From the NCBI GenBank assembly GCA_949373255.1, contig CASICS010000004.1:41625-105624 (forward strand): 64,000 nucleotides of DNA, written 5' to 3'. This DNA is from an uncultured SAR86 cluster bacterium. Lineage in GTDB: Bacteria > Pseudomonadota > Gammaproteobacteria > Magnimaribacterales > AG-339-G14. The position numbers and the translations under genes are program-made. Below the pieces are notes generated by a model. The model worked only from the letters and a program-made list of their open reading frames with translations, searched no databases and had not been told where the DNA came from. Positions 19,136 to 29,418 of this stretch are shown here, piece after piece (position 1 is the first letter of the stretch; each line of letters starts with the position of its first letter).

Positions 19136-21520
19136 TTAATCTAAGAAAAACTCAAATATTGTCTCCTGATCTTTATTATTCGCAGCTTGCCCATCAACAA
19201 GGTTAATTTTCTTAGCTATAAGACCGGGCGGCCTTTTTTGGACTCCGTATTCTACTGAGTCTATTATGCGCTCCATATAATCCAACCATATTGGAAGAGC
19301 TGTAGTGCTTCCAAATTCGTTTCGCCCTAAAGAAGATGGTTGGTCATAACCAAACCATACTGTTGTAAGAATATTTTTATTGAACCCAGTAAACCAAGTG
19401 CTTTCTGCGTCATTAGTTGTTCCAGTCTTTCCAGCAAAATCATCTCTGTTTAGTGATTTTATTTTTTTTCCCGTTCCTCTAGATGTAGCCTCTCTCAAAA
19501 TATCATTAATCATGTAAGCGACTCTTGGATCAATGGCGTAATTAATTTTTTCTTTAGACTTTTTTCCAATCCAACTTTCAATAAGATTGTTATCTGGATG
19601 ACTATCTTTTAAAAAATCTATTTCTTGTTCATTAATTTTAATTTTGCTGATGTAAGTGGGTTTAATGCTGATGCCTCCATTTGCAAAAATAGAGAAATAT
19701 GAAGCATTATCAATTGGGCTAAGGCCATAAGAACCCAAAGCCAGAGACAAATCATTTGGCAAAGAATTTCTATCGAATCCAAATCTTGTAAGGTAGTTTT
19801 TTGTTTTCGATAAACCCAGATCTTGTAAAAGCCTTATAGAAACTACGTTTCTTGACTGTAATAAAGCCTCCCTTAATCGGGTCGGCCCGTAAAACTTTCC
19901 ACTTGAATTTTTAGGTCGCCAATAATCTTCGAGATTTTCATCTTCAAAAACAATAGGAGCGTCATTGATTAAGGAAGCTGGAGAATATCCATTTTCAAAT
20001 GCCGCAGCATATAAAAATGGTTTGAAATTTGATCCAAGCTGGGGTTTTGCCTGGGTAGCTCTATTAAATTTACTAGCTATGAAATTATAGCCTCCAACCA
20101 TAGAGAGGACTTGTCCCGTGGTTGGGTCCATACTAACTAGCGCTCCCTGAACATCAGGATGCATTCCAAGCTCATAGAAACTATCAGATAAAGTTTTCAA
20201 CCAAATGAGATCTCCTGTTTCAAAAAAAGAATCAAAGTCTTTCAAGGCCGCTTTCTTTTTATTGGAATTTACCCTTGGTCTAATTTTATTTTTAATACGA
20301 TTAAAATTAATAGTAACTATTACGCCATCTTTTTTTATTAAACTTAATTTACGAGATTCCGCAGAAAGAATTAAAACTGGAGAGAACTCGTTATAGTCAG
20401 GCCTGTCAGATAAAAAATCCAAAACTCTATCTAAAGGATTCTCAAGATCCTTCTTTATTCCATATATATCTTTAAAATTTTCTTGATTATAATTAGCGGC
20501 ATAAAAAAGATCGCTTCTTTGAGTAAACTTCTTGGGTAATAAATCTATGAAATTAGATGGGTTTTTAAATCCGTGTCTTATTTCATAATTTTCTATTCCT
20601 TTTTTCAAGGCAGCATTAGCAGCCAGTTGATTTTTTGAATTTATAGTTGAGTAAACCTCATAACCTTCTTTATAAGCAGATAAACCATATTTAGAAATCA
20701 TATATCTTCTGATTTCTTCAGCAAGATAATCTGCTTCTACCTCAGGAGATACTCCTTTAAATGATGCAGAGATTGGCTCTTTAATAGCTATCTGAAGAGT
20801 ATCTTCATCAATATAGTCCAAAATTTCCATTCTAGATAGAACCCAATTACGCCTGACAAGTGACCTTTGAGGATTAGCTAACGGATTAATTCTTGACGGC
20901 GCTTTAGGCAAACTAGCTATCATGGCTTTTTCAGCCAGGCTTAAGTCGATTAGTTTTTTTCCGTAATAAATTTCTGCAGCTGCAGCAATTCCATATGCTC
21001 GATTTCCTAAAAATATCTGATTCACATACAGTTCAAATATCTCTTCTTTCGAAAAAGATAAATTTAATTTTAGGGCCATAAATATTTCTTTAAACTTTCT
21101 TTCAAAAGTTTGATCTTTAGTTAAGACGTAATTTCTTACAACCTGCATGGTTATAGTTCCCCCACCGCTCACTATTTCTCCTTCCCTGATGAGCTCAAAA
21201 GTCGCCCTTACCAAACTAAAAAAATCAACTCCCGAATTAGAAAAAAAACTACTATCTTCGGCTGCTAAAAAAGCATTTACCAAATCTTTGGGTATTTCAT
21301 CAAAACTTAATTTAGTTCTATGAACCTCCCCATATTCACCGATTAACTTTTTATCGAACGTAAATATTTTTAAAGGTACTTGAAGCTCAACTTTTCTAAC
21401 GTCTTCCGCCGAAGGCAAATCAGGAGCAAAATATAAATAGACTCCCATCGCAAATTGAATAGGCAACAGGAGCAGAAAAGCTGCCAAGAATAATATTTTT
21501 TTATTTAAAAGTCTGTTCAC
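19136..21520 (-). CDS. mrcA: penicillin-binding protein 1A (bifunctional transglycosylase/transpeptidase)
   Basis: It has GT51 motifs (EDSSFFSNSGVD, GGGTITMQ), transpeptidase SxxK (GSNFKP) and KTGTT, and is 794 aa. Confidence 0.9.
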   Translation of the reverse strand: MNRLLNKKILFLAAFLLLLPIQFAMGVYLYFAPDLPSAEDVRKVELQVPLKIFTFDKKLIGEYGEVHRTKLSFDEIPKDLVNAFLAAEDSSFFSNSGVDFFSLVRATFELIREGEIVSGGGTITMQVVRNYVLTKDQTFERKFKEIFMALKLNLSFSKEEIFELYVNQIFLGNRAYGIAAAAEIYYGKKLIDLSLAEKAMIASLPKAPSRINPLANPQRSLVRRNWVLSRMEILDYIDEDTLQIAIKEPISASFKGVSPEVEADYLAEEIRRYMISKYGLSAYKEGYEVYSTINSKNQLAANAALKKGIENYEIRHGFKNPSNFIDLLPKKFTQRSDLFYAANYNQENFKDIYGIKKDLENPLDRVLDFLSDRPDYNEFSPVLILSAESRKLSLIKKDGVIVTINFNRIKNKIRPRVNSNKKKAALKDFDSFFETGDLIWLKTLSDSFYELGMHPDVQGALVSMDPTTGQVLSMVGGYNFIASKFNRATQAKPQLGSNFKPFLYAAAFENGYSPASLINDAPIVFEDENLEDYWRPKNSSGKFYGPTRLREALLQSRNVVSIRLLQDLGLSKTKNYLTRFGFDRNSLPNDLSLALGSYGLSPIDNASYFSIFANGGISIKPTYISKIKINEQEIDFLKDSHPDNNLIESWIGKKSKEKINYAIDPRVAYMINDILREATSRGTGKKIKSLNRDDFAGKTGTTNDAESTWFTGFNKNILTTVWFGYDQPSSLGRNEFGSTTALPIWLDYMERIIDSVEYGVQKRPPGLIAKKINLVDGQAANNKDQETIFEFFLD

Positions 21521-21571
21521 AAGTTGTTTAAAGTAAAATAGTAGCTTAATTTTAATAAAAGAAATGTTTTC

Positions 21572-22075
21572 ATGAAAATTTTCTTAATAGGGCCTATGGG
21601 CTCTGGTAAATCTAAGATAGGCAAACTCCTTGCTGAGAGGCTTAATCTTACCCTAATTGATACGGACAAAGATATTGAAACAAAGTATGAAAAGAAGATT
21701 GTGGAAATTTTTGAATCTGAAGGAGAAAAAGAGTTTAGAAAGAAAGAAAGTCAATTTTTTGCAAGCTTAACTAATTTAACAGACACAATAATTTCAACCG
21801 GTGGTGGAATAGTTGAAAGTCGTTCCAACATAGAGCTTTTAAAAAAAGAAAAATTGGTAATTTTTTTAAATGCATCGGTGCAAAAGCAGCATGAATCTAC
21901 AAAAGGCAGTAAAAAAAGACCGCTGCTAAACAATACTGACTCTAGAAAAGTATTAGAGCATCTATACTCTAAAAGATTGGATTTATATCAAATGGTTGCG
22001 AAACTAGAACTTAATGGCGATAACCTGTCTAATGAGGAGATGGTTGAAGAAATAATAAGTTTTATAAATGTCTAA
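21572..22075 (+). CDS. aroK: shikimate kinase
   Basis: It has the P-loop GPMGSGKS and the TGGG motif. It overlaps aroB by 8 nt. Confidence 0.9.
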   Translation: MKIFLIGPMGSGKSKIGKLLAERLNLTLIDTDKDIETKYEKKIVEIFESEGEKEFRKKESQFFASLTNLTDTIISTGGGIVESRSNIELLKKEKLVIFLNASVQKQHESTKGSKKRPLLNNTDSRKVLEHLYSKRLDLYQMVAKLELNGDNLSNEEMVEEIISFINV

Positions 22076-23147
22076 ATCTATAAATATCAGAACTCAATCT
22101 CATAGCTATGAGGTCTTAATCGATGAAGGCTTAATCAAAACCTATGACTTTAAATGGCTTGTTCAAGGCAAACAAATCTTAATAGTCAAAGATTCAAATG
22201 TTCCTATTGAAATTTTAAAGGACTTAGAAAAATCTTTAAATAAATCTGAAGTTTCTGAAGTATTTCATATAGAAATTAAAACAAATGAAAGAAATAAAAG
22301 TTTTGAAGGAATTATGCCAATTTATGCCTTGCTCAATGAAAAGAAATTCAATAGAGACTCTTTAATTATAGGCTTGGGTGGTGGTATTACTACAGATATG
22401 GCTGGTTTTGTAGCTTCAAGTTATCTAAGAGGTATTGATCTAATTCAAATTCCTACAACATTGCTTGCTCAAGTTGATGCTGCAATAGGCGGTAAAACAG
22501 GAATTAATTTTTCGGGTTCCAAAAATAATATAGGTGCTTTTTATCAGCCGGAACTTGTACTAATGGATACCTCCTCACTAGAATCACTTCCTGAAAAAGA
22601 TTTTACTGCTGGCCTTGCTGAAATAATTAAACACTCCTTGATAGCTGATAATAATTTATTTCAAAGATTGGAAAATACATTCCTCAACGGAAATAGCCTT
22701 TCAGAAGAAGAATTAATTCAGGTAATTTATGAAAGCTCTTTAATTAAAGCTTTTATCGTTTCAAATGATGAAAAAGAGAAAGGCGATCGTGCGCTCCTTA
22801 ACTTTGGACATACTTATGGGCATGCATTTGAAGGCTCTCAATCGTTAAACGGTTTTTCACATGGAGAAGCTGTAGGCTTGGGAATGATATGCGCATCTAA
22901 TTTATCGTTATTATTAGGAAATATTTCGCAAGAAGAATATGAAAGAATAATTGCCTTAATTAAATCCGTCGGCTTACCTTTTGAAATTCCAAAGGATTTT
23001 AATGTTGATGAATTCATGCAAGCTATGAGTAGAGATAAGAAGATTTTATCTAAAAAATTAAGATTTATAACGTTGAAAGGAATTGGAAGAGCTGAAATAA
23101 CTGAAAATCTTGAAGAAGATCTAATTTTAAAAAGCATTAGCTTATAA
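22068..23147 (+). CDS. aroB: 3-dehydroquinate synthase
   Basis: It has GGGITTDMAGFVA, DAAIGGKTGIN and the NFGHTYGHAFE metal site. Confidence 0.9.
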   Translation: MSKSINIRTQSHSYEVLIDEGLIKTYDFKWLVQGKQILIVKDSNVPIEILKDLEKSLNKSEVSEVFHIEIKTNERNKSFEGIMPIYALLNEKKFNRDSLIIGLGGGITTDMAGFVASSYLRGIDLIQIPTTLLAQVDAAIGGKTGINFSGSKNNIGAFYQPELVLMDTSSLESLPEKDFTAGLAEIIKHSLIADNNLFQRLENTFLNGNSLSEEELIQVIYESSLIKAFIVSNDEKEKGDRALLNFGHTYGHAFEGSQSLNGFSHGEAVGLGMICASNLSLLLGNISQEEYERIIALIKSVGLPFEIPKDFNVDEFMQAMSRDKKILSKKLRFITLKGIGRAEITENLEEDLILKSISL

Positions 23148-23171
23148 AACTTAAATTTTATGCTCTTTTAA

Positions 23172-23204
23172 GTCATATTTGCACTTATTTAGTGCAAATA
23201 TGAC
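23172..23204. promoter_or_regulatory. perfect 13-bp inverted repeat with a 7-nt spacer upstream of gltB (candidate operator, or the aroB 3' hairpin)
   Basis: The sequence is GTCATATTTGCAC-TTATTTA-GTGCAAATATGAC. The core TGCAC-N7-GTGCA has NtrC-type half-site spacing. No U-tract follows it. Confidence 0.3.
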
Positions 23205-23332
23205 CCCTTTCTCTGTCGACATAAGTTTTCTTTACCGCTAACATATTTAAATTAATGCATTTCACATGCTTTAAAAGTGACGCATAGTCCATGCGTAAAA
23301 AGGGCATATTACTAAACCTGTAGAGGTAATGT

Positions 23333-26300
23333 GTGCCAAAGAAAAATATAAGAAAATATATCGAGCGCCCACTTAAAAATGGGCTTTACGATCCGCAATT
23401 TGAGAAAGATTCATGCGGAGTTGGTCTCGTGGCCAATATTAAAGGAGTTCCTTCTAGAGAAATAATGGAGGATGCTTACATTATAAATTCTAGAATGGAT
23501 CATCGAGGCGGGTGTGGTTTCGAAGAAAACACTGGCGATGGAGCTGGTATTTTAATGGCCTTGCCAGATCAATTTTTTCAAAAAGAAGCGAAAAAACTCA
23601 ATTTAAATCTTCCTGGGAAGGGTCTCTATGCTGTTGGCAATATATTCCTACCTCAAATCAAAAAATATAGAACTCTTTGCAAATTAATTATTAAAAATAT
23701 TATCGAAGAAGAAAATTTAGTTTTAGTAGGCTGGAGAGAAGTTCCAGTTGATCCTGAAGGAGCAAATGTTGGCCCAGCGTCCAGAGACGCTCAACCCTTT
23801 ATTGAACAACTTTTTGTTAAAGCTAAAAATTCTAAAGATTCCGATGCCTTTGATAAGAAAATTTACTTAGTAAGAAAAAAATTCACTCACAAAATTAAAA
23901 CTAATTCTGAAATAAAACAAAATTCTATGTTTTTCGCCTGCAGTCTATCTTCCAAAGTTATTACCTATAAAGGAATGCTGACTCCTTCTCAGCTTTTTCC
24001 TTTTTATCCTGATTTGATGGATAAAGATTATCAGACTCATTTAGCGATGGTTCATTCAAGATTTAGCACAAACACATTTCCATCATGGGATAGAGCGCAA
24101 CCAAATAGGTATATGTGTCATAACGGAGAAATAAATACTCTTAAAGGCAATATGAACGCCATGAAAGCTAGACAAGGTGTGGCTAAGAGCGACGTGTACG
24201 GTTCAAAACTTAAAGAGCTTTTTCCGGTATGTGAGCCAGATTGTACTGATTCGGGGAGTTTCGATAATGTTTTAGAATTTTTAATTTTGAATGGTCGAAG
24301 CTTAAAAGAATCGGTAATGATGATGATACCTGAGGCATGGCAGTCAGACGTGAATATGCCGATAGAGAAAAAGAATTTTTATGAATACTCATCTGCATCT
24401 ATGGAGCCTTGGGATGGACCTGCTTCTATTTGTTTTACAGATGGAAAATGTGCCGGAGCCGTCCTAGACAGAAATGGGCTGAGGCCAAGTAGATTTTATG
24501 TAACCAAAAACGATAAAGTAATTATGGCTTCTGAGGTTGGCGTATTGGACGTTAAACCTGAAGAGGTTGTATCTAAAGGAAGATTGCAGCCCGGAAAAAT
24601 GTTTTTAATAGATTTTGAACAAGGAAGAATGATTCCCGACGAAGAACTCAAATCCGAGATATGTAATTCAAAACCATATGGGAAATGGATTTCAGATCAA
24701 GTCATTGATCTTAAAGAGATAACTAAAGAAAAAAAAGAAAAAGGAAATGTTAATCCTGATTTAATCAAAAGAATGAAGGCATTCGGCTATACCACTGAAA
24801 CAATGCAATTCATGTTGATACCTTTAGTTTCGGAACTAAGAGACCCACTTGGTTCAATGGGAAATGACGCAGCTTTAGCATGTTTATCAGACAAGCCAAG
24901 ATTAATCTTTGATTATTTTAAACAACTATTTGCTCAGGTTACAAATCCTGCGATAGATTCCATTCGAGAAGAAGTAATAATGTCTATTGAGTGTCTAATT
25001 GGTCCAGAAGGGAATGTTTTATCCTCTAATCCTGAAAACGCTCACCGCCTAAGGCTTGAATCCCCTATCCTTTCTAATGCAGAAATAGATGGAATAAAGA
25101 AACTTAAAAAACATGGCTGGAAAACTAAAATCATAGACATAACTTATCCTAAGAAAAGTGGCTCCAAAGGCATGATCAAAGCTTTAAATAAAATATGTAA
25201 AGAAGCAGAAAAATCTATTTCAGAAAATTATTCATTTGTAGTTTTGTCGGATAGGAATGTGAATGAAGATAATGTAGCAATAAGCTCTTTAGTTGCTTGC
25301 TCAAGCGTTCATCATCATCTTGTAAAAGCTCAAAAAAGAACAAGACTAGGTTTGGTGATAGAAACTGGTGAGGCCAGAGAGGTTCACCATCATTGTTTGC
25401 TGTTTGGTTACGGTGCAGATGCTGTTAATCCTTATCTTGCGTTTGAAGCTTTATGGCAAGCAAAACTCGATGGATCTTTAAAAGCTCATAATCTCAAAAA
25501 TTTTGATGATATTGTCTATGCTTATAAAAAAGCGGTCAGAAAAGGAATGATGAAAGTAATGGCTAAAATGGGAATTTCTACTCTTCAATCATACAAAGGC
25601 GCGCAAATTTTTGAAGCCGTTGGACTCGCAGATGAAATAATTGAAAAAAGCTTTCCAGGCACGGCAAGCAGAGTTCAAGGAATAAACTTCGATGGCTTGG
25701 TAAAAGAATCTAATAGAAGACATGATCTTGGTTATCCACAAAAAGATAATAACCTATCCGTATTATCCAATAATGGAGATTTTCACTGGAGAAATGGTGG
25801 TGATTCTCATATGTGGGATCCTAAAACTATTGCCAGCCTTCAATTAGCCTCGAGAACAAATAATGAGTCCGCGTATTGGGATTTTGCCAAATACGCAAAT
25901 GAAAATACTACTAAGAATAGTGCACTAAGAGGTTTACTTAAATTCAAGTCAAAGTTAAAACCAATAGACATAAAAGATGTTGAATTGGAAAAAGATATCG
26001 TTAAAAGGTTTGCAACTGGCGCAATGAGTCTAGGCTCTATATCAACTGAATCGCATGAATCACTTGCAATTGCGATGAATAAGTTAGGAGGAAAATCAAA
26101 TACTGGAGAAGGTGGAGAAGACCCTATTAGATTTAAACCCCTTCAAGATGGAATTTCTAAAAGGTCAGCTATTAAGCAAGTAGCTTCTGGAAGATTTGGT
26201 GTAACAATGAATTATCTAACTAATTCAGATGAGCTTCAAATTAAAATTTCTCAAGGAGCTAAGCCTGGAGAAGGTGGAGAGTTGCCTGGGAAGAAAGTAG

Positions 26301-27895
26301 ATGAGTACATAGCAAAAATTAGGCATTCAACTCCTGGCGTAGGTTTAATTAGTCCACCTCCGCATCATGATATTTATTCTATAGAAGATATGGCTCAGTT
26401 AATTCATGATCTTAAAAATGCTAATAGATCGTCAAGAATAAGCGTGAAATTAGTCTCTGAGATTGGCGTAGGAACAGTTGCCTCTGGAGTAGTCAAAGCT
26501 AAGACTGATCATTTGGTTATAGCGGGTCATGACGGCGGAACAGGCGCATCTCCCTTAACCTCTATAAAGCATGCTGGTTTACCTTGGGAACTAGGAGTTG
26601 CTGAAACTCATCAAACCTTGGTTATGAATAATTTAAGATCACGGGTGGTTTTACAAACGGATGGCCAAATAAAAACTGGAAGAGATGTCGCTATAGCAGC
26701 TCTCTTAGGGGCCGAAGAATTTGGTTTTGCAACAGCTCCTTTAATTACTCTTGGTTGCATAATGATGAGAAAATGTCATTTAAATACGTGTCCAGTGGGA
26801 ATTGCAACTCAAGATAAAGAGTTGAGAAAGAAATTTAAAGGAAAACCTGAGCACGTAGTGAATTATCTTTTCATGGTTGCCAAAGATTTAAGAATGATCA
26901 TGGCTGAGTTAGGATTTAGAACCATTGATGAAATGATTGGAAGAGTGGACTGCCTTGAAGCTGATAATGCTATAGATCATTGGAAAAGAAAAGGCTTGGA
27001 TTTTTCCAACATACTCAAACCAGCAGTGAAAATTTTTGAAAATACTGAAGTCTTTAATACTCAAAAGCAAGATCATGGCTTGCATAAAGCCTTAGATAAA
27101 AAATTAATATCTAAAGCAAAAGATGCAATTAAAAAAGGTAAAAAAGTTTCTATCGAATCTAAAATAGTTAATACCAATAGAGTAGTAGGAACAATGCTAT
27201 CCAATGAAGTTACGAAAATTTGGGGAGCTAAAAGTCTTCCAAAAGATACTATTAATATTAAATTGAATGGATCAGCTGGTCAAAGTTTAGCAGCTTGGCT
27301 AGTTAAAGGTATTACGATCACACTTGAGGGTGATGCTAATGACTTTGTTGGTAAGGGTTTATCAGGTGGTAAATTAATTATTTATCCTCCCAAACAGAGT
27401 TCTTTTAAAGCTGAGGATAATATGCTTTTAGGAAATGTCGCTTTATATGGAGCAACAGAAGGAGAAGCTTATTTTAGAGGCATAGCTGCTGAAAGATTTT
27501 GCGTTAGAAATAGTGGAGCCAAAGTGGTTGTAGAAGGCATTGGTGATCATGGTTGTGAATATATGACTGGAGGAAAAGCTGTGATACTTGGTCCAACTGG
27601 AAGGAATTTTGGAGCTGGAATGAGTGGCGGAGAAGCTTTTGTGTATGATCCGAAAAAAGAATTTGAGAGCAAGTGCAATATGGATACTTTTGAGTTAGAA
27701 GATGTTGACATCAACGAGGATATCGCGGAATTAAAAAAGTTAATTGAAAATCACGTCAAATATACTGGTTCAGAAATAGCAAAATCTATTCTTTCAAATT
27801 GGAAAAAAGAGCTAAAGAATTTCGCTAAAGTTATGCCAACCGATTACAAAAGAGTACTGGCTGAGATGGATCTCAAAAGAAAGGAGGCTGTCTAA
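23333..27895 (+). CDS. gltB: glutamate synthase (NADPH) large subunit
   Basis: It is 1520 aa with the Ntn amidotransferase Cys (KDSCGVG), FMN and 3Fe-4S regions, and a GXGXG C-terminal domain. It uses a GTG start, preceded by AGAGG. Confidence 0.95.
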   Translation: MPKKNIRKYIERPLKNGLYDPQFEKDSCGVGLVANIKGVPSREIMEDAYIINSRMDHRGGCGFEENTGDGAGILMALPDQFFQKEAKKLNLNLPGKGLYAVGNIFLPQIKKYRTLCKLIIKNIIEEENLVLVGWREVPVDPEGANVGPASRDAQPFIEQLFVKAKNSKDSDAFDKKIYLVRKKFTHKIKTNSEIKQNSMFFACSLSSKVITYKGMLTPSQLFPFYPDLMDKDYQTHLAMVHSRFSTNTFPSWDRAQPNRYMCHNGEINTLKGNMNAMKARQGVAKSDVYGSKLKELFPVCEPDCTDSGSFDNVLEFLILNGRSLKESVMMMIPEAWQSDVNMPIEKKNFYEYSSASMEPWDGPASICFTDGKCAGAVLDRNGLRPSRFYVTKNDKVIMASEVGVLDVKPEEVVSKGRLQPGKMFLIDFEQGRMIPDEELKSEICNSKPYGKWISDQVIDLKEITKEKKEKGNVNPDLIKRMKAFGYTTETMQFMLIPLVSELRDPLGSMGNDAALACLSDKPRLIFDYFKQLFAQVTNPAIDSIREEVIMSIECLIGPEGNVLSSNPENAHRLRLESPILSNAEIDGIKKLKKHGWKTKIIDITYPKKSGSKGMIKALNKICKEAEKSISENYSFVVLSDRNVNEDNVAISSLVACSSVHHHLVKAQKRTRLGLVIETGEAREVHHHCLLFGYGADAVNPYLAFEALWQAKLDGSLKAHNLKNFDDIVYAYKKAVRKGMMKVMAKMGISTLQSYKGAQIFEAVGLADEIIEKSFPGTASRVQGINFDGLVKESNRRHDLGYPQKDNNLSVLSNNGDFHWRNGGDSHMWDPKTIASLQLASRTNNESAYWDFAKYANENTTKNSALRGLLKFKSKLKPIDIKDVELEKDIVKRFATGAMSLGSISTESHESLAIAMNKLGGKSNTGEGGEDPIRFKPLQDGISKRSAIKQVASGRFGVTMNYLTNSDELQIKISQGAKPGEGGELPGKKVDEYIAKIRHSTPGVGLISPPPHHDIYSIEDMAQLIHDLKNANRSSRISVKLVSEIGVGTVASGVVKAKTDHLVIAGHDGGTGASPLTSIKHAGLPWELGVAETHQTLVMNNLRSRVVLQTDGQIKTGRDVAIAALLGAEEFGFATAPLITLGCIMMRKCHLNTCPVGIATQDKELRKKFKGKPEHVVNYLFMVAKDLRMIMAELGFRTIDEMIGRVDCLEADNAIDHWKRKGLDFSNILKPAVKIFENTEVFNTQKQDHGLHKALDKKLISKAKDAIKKGKKVSIESKIVNTNRVVGTMLSNEVTKIWGAKSLPKDTINIKLNGSAGQSLAAWLVKGITITLEGDANDFVGKGLSGGKLIIYPPKQSSFKAEDNMLLGNVALYGATEGEAYFRGIAAERFCVRNSGAKVVVEGIGDHGCEYMTGGKAVILGPTGRNFGAGMSGGEAFVYDPKKEFESKCNMDTFELEDVDINEDIAELKKLIENHVKYTGSEIAKSILSNWKKELKNFAKVMPTDYKRVLAEMDLKRKEAV

Positions 27896-29346
27896 TGGGT
27901 AAACCAACTGGCTTTAAAGAATTCTCTAGAGTAGTAGAGCCCTACAGGCCCTCTCAAGAAAGGGTTTTAGATTTTAAAGAAATCTATACTGATCACAAAG
28001 AAGACGGATTAAAAACACAAGCTTCTAGGTGTATGGATTGCGGAGTGCCCTTCTGTCAATCCGATGAAGGCTGCCCTGTTTATAATTTAATCCCTGAATG
28101 GAATGATCTTGTTTATAACAACAAATGGGAGGAAGCTTTCCAACGACTAATGAAAACTAATAATTTTCCAGAAGTTACAGGTAGAGTTTGTCCGGCAGTT
28201 TGCGAGGGAGCTTGTGTTTTAGGAATCACGGAAAGCCCTGTAGCGATTAAAAATCTAGAATTTGCCATAGCTGATAAAGGCTTTCAATCAGGATGGTTAA
28301 AACCCAATATTCCTAAAAAAAGAACAGGGAAAAAAATAGCAATTGTAGGTTCAGGGCCAGCTGGATTGTCAGCTGCTCAGCAGCTCAATAGCGTAGGTCA
28401 TAAAATAAAAGTATACGAACGAGCAGATAGAATTGGTGGATTGATGATGTATGGAATTCCTAATATGAAGATGGATAAATCATTGATGGATATTCGTTTA
28501 GATATAATGAAAACTGAAGGAATTAAGTTTTTCACTAGTATGGATGTGGGCGGTTCATCTAAAAATTCTATTGCTACCGAAAAACTGCTTGAAGAAAACG
28601 ATATTATTTTATTCGCGACTGGCGCTACCAAGCCTAGAGATCTTCCAATACCAGGAAGAGAAGGTGATGGAGTTCACTTTGCTATGGATTTCTTAAGCTC
28701 AAATACTAAAAGCCTATTAGATAGCAACTTAAAAGATGACGGTTTTATTAATGCCAAAGGTAAAGATGTCATAGTCATCGGTGGTGGTGATACTGGAAAT
28801 GACTGTATCGGAACTTCACTCAGGCATGGCTGTAAATCTTTAACTAACTTTGAGATTATGGCTAAACCGCCAGAAGAAAGAGCTGATAATAATCCTTGGC
28901 CACTGTTTCCAAGAACTTATAAAGTCGATTATGGCCATGAAGAATCAGCTAAAGTTTTTGGTAAAGATCCAAGACAGTATTCAGTATCTGGAAAAGAATT
29001 CTTAAGAGATGAGAAAGGCAATCTCATAGGTATTAAAACTGTAGAAGTAGACTCTAAATTTCAAGAAATTAAAGGCACAGAAAAAGAGTGGAAAGCTGAT
29101 TTGATATTTTTAGCCATGGGATTCTTAGGTCCGGAAGAGTATGTTAACAAGAAAACTAAGGTTGATTTGGATGAAAGAAGCAATTTTAAAGCTGAACATA
29201 ATATACATAAGACATCTAATTCTAAAATCTTTGCAGCAGGCGATTGTAGAAGAGGACAATCTCTAGTTGTTTGGGCAATAAACGAAGGTAGAGCTGCTGC
29301 CAGAGAAATTGATTCTCATTTAATGGGGTCTACTTCTCTTGAATAG
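27895..29346 (+). CDS. gltD: glutamate synthase (NADPH) small subunit
   Basis: It has Cys clusters (CMDCGVPFC), the FAD/NAD Rossmann motif VGSGPAGLSAA, a strong SD (AAGGAGG), and an ATG overlapping the gltB stop. Confidence 0.95.
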   Translation: MGKPTGFKEFSRVVEPYRPSQERVLDFKEIYTDHKEDGLKTQASRCMDCGVPFCQSDEGCPVYNLIPEWNDLVYNNKWEEAFQRLMKTNNFPEVTGRVCPAVCEGACVLGITESPVAIKNLEFAIADKGFQSGWLKPNIPKKRTGKKIAIVGSGPAGLSAAQQLNSVGHKIKVYERADRIGGLMMYGIPNMKMDKSLMDIRLDIMKTEGIKFFTSMDVGGSSKNSIATEKLLEENDIILFATGATKPRDLPIPGREGDGVHFAMDFLSSNTKSLLDSNLKDDGFINAKGKDVIVIGGGDTGNDCIGTSLRHGCKSLTNFEIMAKPPEERADNNPWPLFPRTYKVDYGHEESAKVFGKDPRQYSVSGKEFLRDEKGNLIGIKTVEVDSKFQEIKGTEKEWKADLIFLAMGFLGPEEYVNKKTKVDLDERSNFKAEHNIHKTSNSKIFAAGDCRRGQSLVVWAINEGRAAAREIDSHLMGSTSLE

Positions 29347-29370
29347 ATAAATATTTTTTTAAAAATCTAT

Positions 29371-29400
29371 AAAAAAAAGGCCCCTAAAGGGGCCTTTTTT
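29371..29400. terminator. bidirectional rho-independent terminator between gltD (+) and the TonB-dependent receptor gene (-)
   Basis: The structure is A8-GGCCCC-TAAA-GGGGCC-T6. Confidence 0.75.
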
Positions 29401-29418
29401 CTAGATAGACATTTATCT

